This document shows positions 55,526 to 64,000 of a stretch of DNA of 64,000 nucleotides, one piece after another (positions within the stretch are counted from its first letter, which is position 1; the number at the start of each line of letters is the position of its first letter). The stretch is from contig NW_024704742.1 of assembly GCF_018977255.1 (NCBI RefSeq), positions 95,420,001 to 95,484,000 of the forward strand. The letters are read 5' to 3'. This stretch comes from Callorhinchus milii. Its lineage: Eukaryota. A program made the position numbers and the translations under genes. The notes beneath the pieces were generated by a model. That model ran no database searches, was not told where the DNA came from, and worked only from the letters and a program-made list of their open reading frames with translations.

Positions 55526-56095
55526 GTTGTGTACTGGAGTGTTATTGCTGTCTGGTGAGAATTGTCAGCCTGGCTCTGTTGGTGATACTCTCTCTCTCTG
55601 GGGGCCAGTTGTGTCTGGGTTGACACACTAACTCAGCACTGGGACTGCTGCCCATCCAATGTAATGTTAAACTGAGGTCCTGTCTGTCTGATCTTTAGGT
55701 GGACATTGAGGATCCATGACACTATCTCAAAAGAGCTGCCCTCACCAACCAACCTCCAGATAAATTGGCTTGTGTGAAACACAGGTGCTATGGCATGAAA
55801 GGTGCTAAGTAAGTGTAAATTGTTACTGTTGTTCACTTAATGCCTTCTAGTGATAAGTTTATGGTCATATTTGCCCTCAAAGGCAATCACCATACATGAC
55901 AGGGTTGACCTCTGAAGTGTTTTGAAACGTTTGGTAATCTTGGGCTTTATAGTAAATGTAAAGGTGACCTGTTGTATTATTTTGTGTTGGCTGGTGATGG
56001 AAACATAGAAACATTTCTATTTTTGTCAGGATGGCTGCAGGTCAGTTGACATGACTGCTTTTGTTGTTTTTTAATCAGAGCTGCACTGTTTACCT

Positions 56096-56770
56096 ATAAT
56101 AATAATAATAATAATAATCCTTGCATTTGATATAGCGCTTTTCACGTCAGGAGGACGTCCCAAAGCGCTTCACAGAATATACTGTAAAGTGAATTGACTG
56201 TATATTTGTGGGCGAACGCGGCAGCCAATTGCGCAGAGCAATGTCCCACAAACAGTCATGGATTGAAAATGACCAATTTATTATTGTTTCTACAAAGAGC
56301 TGGTCAGCTCAGCATTTATCCACAGGGTAAGACTACTATATTGAACAGACTACACTGTTTTCACTGTTCATGGTGGTGATTTTCCTGATTCACCGCCATG
56401 AACAGTGGATTTTGTGTTCAAATCCCTTCACTTTCCGGCACCTCCCTACCTTTACGATCGCCTCACTCCCCAATCCACCACCCGGCGCCTCAGCTGGACT
56501 GGCACCGGTCTCCTGCTCGTCCCTTGCACCCTCCGCCCCACCATCGGAGGTCGTGCTTTCAGCCCCAAAACTCTGGAACACTGTCCCTCAATCCCTCCAC
56601 CTTGCCCACTCTCTCCCCTCTTTCAAGTCCCGCCTGAAAACTTTCCTCTTTGACCGTGCTTACAGCCACTTCCCCCCGGCTTGGAGTCAGGCTCCGTCAC
56701 TGTTAAGTGCTTTGAGATGCTACCCTGTGAGGAGGGAGCTTTATAAGTACAAGTTCTTGTTGTTGTTGAT
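56096..56770. mobile_element. SINE 3' half (56096-56288, -) and L2 3' fragment (~56403-56770, +)
   Basis: Direct similarity to the copies described above. Confidence 0.85.
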
Positions 56771-57714
56771 TCTTGGTGCTTTTATATCGCAGGAAGTGGC
56801 TCTGCATTAAAGTTACCCTGCGGCTGGACTATGGATTGTATAATATAATTTCACGCTGCCTGCAACAGTGGAAATGGGGGATATGCATGAAGAGGGTGCA
56901 CATCTCTGTTTCTGATGGTTTCTTACTTCTCCTGACATGAAAGATGCTTTATAATTGCAGTTTGTTGTTGTTGACAAGGTGAAACAACAACTTGCATTTA
57001 TATAGTGGCCTTCATGCCGGATGGCGTCTCGGAGCACTTAAACTGACTTCAGTGGCAACCTCTTACCCTCCTTGTGGGAAACCGTGTGAGTTGATGGGCT
57101 TCGGATGCTCCAAAGGCATTTTTTTAGCACGTTACCATTGATAGCGGTACTGTATAACTGGTATTGCAGAATATAGTTGAAACACTGCCCCTCACAGAGC
57201 AGCTGCCCTGCTCGGTAGTTATGTCTTGTTTAGAATATTCTGTATCATGCGGAGCTTCCTGTTGCCTCTTTTATACCAATGGGACCCTGAGGCCCAGTGT
57301 GGCATACATTTAGATCAAAATGTCTTGGTGTTTTGAGCTGCTCGTGTACAGTAATTAGTGTTAGAACTGCAGCTCTTCACAGCACTCCTCACAACAGGAC
57401 ATCTTAAAGCGTGAAATTATGAAGGATCCTTAAGAAGTGATGGCAGATGCTCATGGGTCTCGCCTCTCACACTGCCACCGTTGCTGTGGTAATATTGCCT
57501 GTAACCTTTTGGATTCCTGTGTTTTTTTTAGAACCTAAAATGATTAGGTGTGTATTTCGCGACTATATTTAGTGTAATCAGTTGGTAAAAACTGCATTTT
57601 GGTGTTCATCTCTGTGTGTGGGAGGGGGAGGAGATATTTTACAATTAACTGTTGATCTTTGTTTCAGTTGCTGAATTTGCGAACTAAGGAAGAGGGCAAA
57701 ATCTGTTGTGCAAG

Positions 57715-57738
57715 ATGCCGTTAAATCCTAAACAGGTG
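57715..57738 (+). CDS. Uncharacterised gene, start-codon exon (exon 57668-57738): MPLNPKQ(V)
   Basis: tttgtttcAG acceptor at 57666-57667; AAGATGC start context; in-frame upstream TAA at 57685; phase-0 donor GTG|GTAAGA (alternative CAG|GTGGTA) matches the phase-0 acceptor at 59152. Confidence 0.75.
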
Positions 57739-59151
57739 GTAAGATATGTTTGTGTATTTCCACCTCCCCCGATTTTTTTGCTCTAACGAAAAATGATTAC
57801 TGCAAATAATTGTGTTTGAATTACTAGAAGGTCATTTGGTAGAGACAATAGGACTTACTTTCCCTGTTGCTGTTTTTTGTGTACAACTCCCATTGTTTGA
57901 AATGTTAAGTATGGTGTTTATCTAACAATTCATGTGGATCAGTATTCTGTGCGAGATAAGTGTTCTGTTTATCCTGCAAGTCTATCTTCAAACGGGTGTG
58001 TTTTTCGACTTGAGGTGTAATCAGAAATCAGAACCTTGTTTGAGAAAAAAACAATTTTCCGGGGGTGGGGTGGGGGTGGAGAAATGGTAAGAAAACAGCA
58101 ACTGCAGTTCTCTTTGAAACAACACTTAATTTTGGGATTGAACAGGTAGACTATGAAGTAGACAACCTTTAGATTCCAATGTTCCTAAACATTTTTATTA
58201 GGAGATTCTACGTTCTGATTGTCACAGTGAGCATAATCTAATATTAATTTAATTCTGAAGGAAGTGGTATAGCCCATTGAATTTATTCCTAACCTCGTGC
58301 TATGAAATCTCTCCATCCCTCATGAGCTTCAATATGATACAAATATCACATCAACATGAATAATATGTCAACACTAATCTCTTCAACACTAATTTCTTTT
58401 TTGTTTAATTAGAGCCATCTACTACTTATTAAATGTAGATGTCTTTTCCTTCAATTTATGCTAATGGTGATGTGGGCATATGCTTAGTTTACTGTAGATT
58501 CTCAGAAGCAGGGTTGTCATGTTGAGAAATTGCTGAAAATTATATGCTTGTGTTTGTGGGCTGGGTTCATTGTTCTGGTCTATGAATAAAGCCAATTCTA
58601 GTAATGAACAGCTCAGGATAGATCTGCTAGATCTTTCCAATGCTGCTTTTTGACAAGCGAACTATCTTCTCTCAGGTAGGAGATACGTTTTACTTACGGT
58701 TTTAACGGCCTTCTTGAAAGAAGTACTTTAAATTGAAACAGCTTCCTTCCCTATTTGTTAGCACTGGGATAAAAGATGTAAGCCTGGCTCAGTTGGTAGC
58801 ATTCTTGTCTCTGTGTCAGGAGGTTGTGGTTTTATGTCCCACATCAGGACTTTGAAGTCACAGTCTAGGCTGAGCCTGGGGCAGCACTACATTGTGGTCA
58901 TTTTCCTTCAGGTGAAACATTCAACAGAGGTCCTGGCCAACAATTCACCAAATAAAATTGATCAGGTTCTGTGATCAGAAATTTGTGATCAGAAACATGG
59001 CTGTTTGTGTATTCTTGCTGATTGCAAATTGGCTGCTACATCCAGTTACAAATAGTCACCAATAAATCATGTGAAGCACTTGGAGATATATCAATATCAG
59101 ATGTGATAAGGCACTGTATCATATTTAAGGTTCATCTCTGATATTTTTCAG

Positions 59152-61921
59152 GTGGAGCCTTTAACTGCAAGGACCTTGAAGCGCATAAATGCTGAGACCG
59201 TTTTAGAAACTGACACTCCACGCACTAGTGAGCTGAAGACTCTTCGAATAAAGCGGTTGGCCTACTTTGTTCCTGAAAAAGAGCATTGCCAACGTAGCTG
59301 TATCTCTGCATCCCTTCCTCCCAGGCTCCAGATCGGTAGCAATCCAGGAATTCCCGATAATAGAGTGGGAGATCCTCTAAAAGATAAATTGGCAAAATAT
59401 GAGAAAGAAGGCCTCTCTGTTCAGGAAATACTTAATTCTAATGAATCAGTTGAACAAATTGTAGTTGGTGATACAGAGAAGTCCCATTCTACCAGTTCAG
59501 AGCCATCATCAGCAACGGCAAAGAGTCACCTTAGAAATGCTTGCTTTCCTGAGCCAGATTATAACCTACTTGAGGATCCCATGGTTTCAGAGAACCAAAA
59601 GCTTACACACATTCTCAACTGGGCTCAGAATATTCTTAGGAAGTCCGATGAATGTAGGGATGAAGCAAAGAGCAGCAAAATGTCTCAAAGAGCTTGTCGG
59701 TCTCAGTCTAATGAGGAAGTGCCAGCACTGAGACGTGAGTGCTGTGATGGAGAGCAATCAAGAGCTTCACTTTATCGGTCTTGGGATATTGATGGAAGGA
59801 CCACCGCTGATCTTTTCAGCAGCCGAGTGGATGCTTCTCATTATTCTGCTGATATTTCCAGTTTGTCTAATAACTACTGTTCATCCGAGATTTCGAGATC
59901 AAGCCATACATTTCTTCAAACTGACTGCTTAACTGCAGGTTCGATCGACGAGGTGGAACAACATGCACTGACACATAGTGGAGGTTTAAATAGGCGCCAG
60001 TGGTTTTCTGGGGCAGGTGAGACTGAAAAGTTGGAAAGAACAATTCCTAAGCAAGATAATATATATGGAGGTAGTATTCCAAATAAGGACTGTAAAACTG
60101 AAGGCACAGCGGAGATTCACGTCCATGCAACTCTGTCCGAGTACCCAGCAGATGACGACTGTCATTCTGTCACTGGTGGTGCAGGCACAGAGAATAATAA
60201 TGAATATTTTTGGGTACCACTCGAAGATAATTCAGATGAAGAAGACACCAAAGGAGGTATGGAAAGAAAGCAAATGATTGTGCAGCCTTTTGTGAACAGT
60301 AATCAGTTGTGTAATGAGAATTATGAAGAGTCTGTCTTATCGACAGGACCAGCAAAACCTAGAAAATCTTCCGTCAAGTATTGTTACACTTCGTCTGATC
60401 TATCAGCAAGCCCACTTCAACTAAATAATGTTGCACAACACAGCACATCAGCTGTTGGTAATAATAAATTACCTTTTTATGCATGGGAAGCCACTGCGGG
60501 AGATTGCTTTCTAGGTAATTACAATAAGCCTTCGGCGGAACATTCAAAAGCTGCTGATCCTCCTGATCTATCACTAAATCTTCAAGATGCTACTGACTGG
60601 GATCCATCACATAGCAATACTTATTGTGCATTTAACTTTGAATCACGGAAGGATTGGTCTGTTGTTCCCAAACTAGATCTTTCAACCCTTTACAGAGGCC
60701 CAAGCTTAAGTTGCGATGAAACATTGCCAGTGACTGCTAAGGACACGTGGAGAACTTTCACAGTCAGGTCACTGAGTGAAGAAAGAAGGTTAAGCTGTGA
60801 AGATTGGGAAAAAGTAGATATGAAACAATACTCTGAAAGAATGAAAAATTTGAGTATTATAAATGCAGATGAAACACGAGTGTTAAACAGCAAAGGCACT
60901 GAGAAGACATTGTCTTCAGAAAATGATCCATTGCAAAAAGAAGTAAACCATAATATTGACAAAAATGAAGTTCAGCAAAGCCTAATTGAGCATAAGGTAC
61001 ATAATAGACCACTAAATGTGCTGACTTCAACCTTTCCATCATGCTTGTCACCGTCTTCTAATTCCAGCTATTCAAAAGATCCCAGTCTACCTTTCCAAAA
61101 AGAGAAGTTTATTAACAGAGAGGAACAACCCAATGCAGATTGCTCTTCCTTTGTTGGAAGTGACCTGGTTAAGTTCTGCCCAGAGTGCTTAAGTGGTAAT
61201 GACCCAAATATTAACTGGTGCATGGAGTGCGGATGTGTTCTTATTGGGATACTAACTCGGCAATGTCCCGTTTCTACCAATGTTGCTGAAATATCATCCT
61301 TGATTACGAGACAGAGCCCCGAGAAAGAGAAACTAGATGTGCTAGTAAAAGGCAGCCTAAGACCCTGTTCAGAATTTGTGAGACCGGACAATATTTACGA
61401 CTTGAAATGTTCCAAGACTTTCACTTGCACTTCCTCGGGTGAACGGGAGCTCCGTGTGTATGAGAATTATCTTCTCTACAGTCAACCTCTAAAGAAATTC
61501 TCAAACCAACACCAGGCACAAAAAGAACAACAACCTATAGATCAGCATCTGGTGAATGAACAAGGGAGTCGGACAGATGCATTGAATGGAAACAGTAAGA
61601 GACACAAAGCCAAAGAGAACTATGCCACCTCATCGTCTGAGACCTCCACTCTCAGCTCTGACCTTATTGACCTGCGATCTGAAGACAAATTAGGCAGGGG
61701 AGCTGCACCTTTGACAGGGAATACAGATGAATGCTGTGTTGTACAAAGTTTTTCAGTGCTAGAGAATCATCCACAGGGAAAAGATTATTTTGAGAAACCA
61801 ATCTATAAAGAAACATCAAAGGATCCAACCCACAAAGCTTTTTTGAAGCAAGCCTTTGGAACTTTGAAGGATGAAACTGTGACTTGTACAGGCCATGAGA
61901 AGAAAAAAGGAAATTTGAAAG
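59152..61921 (+). CDS. Uncharacterised gene, 2770-nt internal coding exon: Ser/Glu/Asn-rich, probably disordered, with one zinc ribbon (FCPECLSGNDPNINWCMECG)
   Basis: atttttcAG acceptor directly before the ORF; more than 920 codons without a stop in repeat-free sequence. Donor AAG|GTAGTT at 61922 (phase 1); after it the ORF-track translation becomes intron-like (Phe/Ile/Tyr-rich). Confidence 0.88.
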
Positions 61922-63078
61922 GTAGTTATTTAATAATTCAAGGTTCACTGTGTTTTATTTCCCTTATTCCCCAGAAACGTCATATGTTTTACTTCATGAT
62001 ATTTCTTTGCTTTGAAGTGCTCCCATCAGATATTAAGTTCACCCACAAAATTACAATGAGCAGGTATGTCAAATGCAAGAAATATTATATTTTTATTTAT
62101 AAACATTGTGACGTTTTAGTGGAATGACTTGGGTGGACTACAAAGCTGAAGAAAGAAGGGCTTGCTGGGTTGAATGGCTTTTATGTTGTTATTTCAGAGA
62201 TGTTTTCTTTTGCTTTATATTCTCTGAACAACCAAATTTATCCCCCAAATTCTCATTAAATGGGTACCATGGCAGAATACTATTAATTGGAGTAATAATA
62301 AAATGATCCTTTTATTTTATATAGCACCTGTCACATTGAAACATCTCAAGTGTTCATAGAGTTTTCATATATTTGTCGGCAAATGTGGCAGCTAATGTAA
62401 AAACAGCAATGCCCCACACAAAGTTATAATGTGAATAATCAATTTTATCTGGAGTATTGTAAGTCACCATCCCTGGAGAAACTCGCATCTCTTTTCGAAT
62501 AGTGCAGCAGGATCTGTCATCCACCTGAACAGCCAGATAGGACATGGGTTTATCATCTTATCCAAATAAAGACACCTTCAGGATGTAGTGCTCCCCAAAA
62601 ACTTTATTGGAGTATCAGACCATTTTACTAATAGAGCAATACCTGGAGAGTTTGGAAGCTTGGCCAAATGATTGATGTGCAAAGCAGAAAAATACACTGG
62701 AGGCATGAGTGTTAAATATTTGAGTGCTGATTCCAAATGCACTCCCAAAATTCATTGCGTTGTTTGTAGGATATTGGTTGTATAAATTAGCTGCCGTGTT
62801 TGTCTACATAAAAAGCACTCAATTAATTTCTAATTAATCAATCTCATTCTGTAAAGTGCTTTGAAACGTTTCTTTCATGTGAAAGACCTTATATAAATGT
62901 AAGTGGTTGCAGTTTGCTAGGGATAAGTCCTTTGTTGGAGCAAAGTAATGGAAGATTACAGTGGGATTTGATCTGAAAATAGCTCATTTAGGGTGTTTAA
63001 ACAAAATGCTGTATATTTTTGAAGGAACCTAGAATTGTTTTTGTCCTCATAAAGCAAATTAGATTTTTGTATTACAAG

Positions 63079-63199
63079 ATACAGATGTAACGCCAGTGAG
63101 GAGAAAAAGCATCCAAGCCAGCCTGAAAAGGCACAAAAGATACTGGGAGAAGTCCAGTATTGCATGGTCATCCTACACACACGGAGAAGTAAAACCACG
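63079..63199 (+). CDS. Uncharacterised gene, next exon: (DT)DVTPVRRKSIQASLKRHKRYWEKSSIAWSSYTHGEVKPR; gene continues beyond the window
   Basis: Two in-frame phase-1 acceptors (AAG|63079 and CAG|63085) and a strong donor ACG|GTAAGG at 63200; open in the frame set by the previous exon. Confidence 0.82.
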
Positions 63200-63293
63200 G
63201 TAAGGGATCCTGTTGACTTATCTGATCTGCAGTGCTGGACCCACTCATCACTGCAGCAGCATTACATTGAATCTATTGACATAATGATCATAA

Positions 63294-63495
63294 AATAATA
63301 ATCCTTGCGTTTAATATGTACGTTTCACAACAGAATGTCTCAAAGCGCATCACAGGTTTTACTGCAAAGTGTAGTGACTGTTTATTTGTACAAAATATAC
63401 AGTCAATTCACTTTACAGTATATTCTGTGAAGCGCTTTGAGACGACTAGAAGATGTGAAAAGCGCTATCAAATGCAAGGAAGGATTATTATTATT
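63294..63495. repeat. Two SINE tails in inverted orientation forming a near-spacerless palindrome
   Basis: Minus-strand tail ~63294-63385 and plus-strand tail ~63390-63495 meet at TTTGTACAAA. Confidence 0.85.
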
Positions 63496-63577
63496 TGTAG
63501 ACAAATGCACAGAGAATGTATATTTTTGAAGGTGCCCTATCAGCTCATTGTGTCTGAGCCAGCTCCCTTAAGAGCAT

Positions 63578-63760
63578 AAAAACAAAACCCAGATGCTGGA
63601 AATCTGAAACAAAAACAGAAGTCGCTGTGAACACTCAGCAGGTCAGGCAGCATCTATGGAGAAAGGAAAGTGAGTCAACTGAGTTCTGACGAAGGGTCGT
63701 GGACCCGAAACGTGGACCTGGACCTGCTGAGTGTTTCCAGCGACTTCTGTTTTCGTTTCC
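63578..63760. mobile_element. Palindromic Penelope-type non-autonomous repeat with a hammerhead-like core (older copy at ~6290-6480)
   Basis: Inverted arms 63606-63644 and 63721-63759 pair at 36 of 39 positions; internal CTGACGA-A-GGGTC-GTG-GACCC-GAAACG. Confidence 0.7.
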
Positions 63761-64000
63761 CTTAACAGCATTCCTTTCAGTTCCATTTACCTGCCCTTAC
63801 CCCTTTTTTTATGACGCTGACTCTTTTTAAGCTTTTATCAAGTTCCCTCTTGAAGGCCAATTTGTCTCAACCACTGATCCCAGCAGGGTATTCTTGTCCT
63901 AACTACTCTGCAAGAAAAAAATTCTCCTAACTTCCCCATTTGCTCGTTTACTAATACTGTTGAAGTCTCTTTAACCGGACGCTGGTTAACCTTGGACGTT

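Noticed and set aside
58061..58079. G-run cluster with G-quadruplex potential
   Set aside because: The fourth run has only two Gs, and such tracts are common in introns.
58661..58682. Pyrimidine tract + CAG|GTAGG resembling a recursive splice site
   Set aside because: The intron is only ~1.4 kb, whereas recursive splicing is typical of very long introns; no other support.
60550..60580. PPDLS, a PxDLS CtBP-binding-like motif in the large exon
   Set aside because: A four-residue match in a ~920-aa S/D/L/P-rich region is likely chance without conservation data.
61922..62127. C-terminal ~68 codons of the 991-aa ORF-track call, and its GTG 'start' at 59152
   Set aside because: Read-through into intron after the donor at 61922; the GTG is simply the first codon after a splice acceptor.

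Overview
Eukaryotic (vertebrate) genomic DNA. The repeat landscape points to a cartilaginous fish, possibly a chimaera (inferred, not verified): CR1 LINEs with (ATTCTATG)n tails, L2 LINEs with (GTT)n tails, Deu-domain tRNA-SINEs and a palindromic Penelope-type repeat. Bases ~1.7-41.6 kb hold 11 coding exons of FRMD3 on the + strand. They all have GT-AG junctions and splice into one open frame of 1493 nt, from the FERM domain to the C-terminal transmembrane tail and stop at 41588; the 5' exons lie upstream of the window. From ~55 kb a second + strand gene begins that I cannot name. It has a GC-rich promoter with RFX X-box-like sites, an ATG exon, one 2770-nt coding exon containing a single CxxC-x3-N-x6-CxxC zinc ribbon, and a further exon with a Trp-rich motif; it continues past the window. 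Introns are dense with nested retroelements. The best leads are: (1) the uncharacterised zinc-ribbon gene; (2) a young CR1 carrying an in-frame copy of its own RT core that differs only at synonymous sites; (3) a hammerhead-ribozyme core inside a palindromic Penelope-type repeat; (4) a SINE/L2 shared 3' stem-loop with a compensatory base pair; (5) a hidden 24-bp inverted-repeat element split by later insertions. I found no CRISPR array, rRNA or authentic tRNA gene, and nothing I can claim as a definitively new system. Repeat boundaries are approximate (about +/-10-20 nt).
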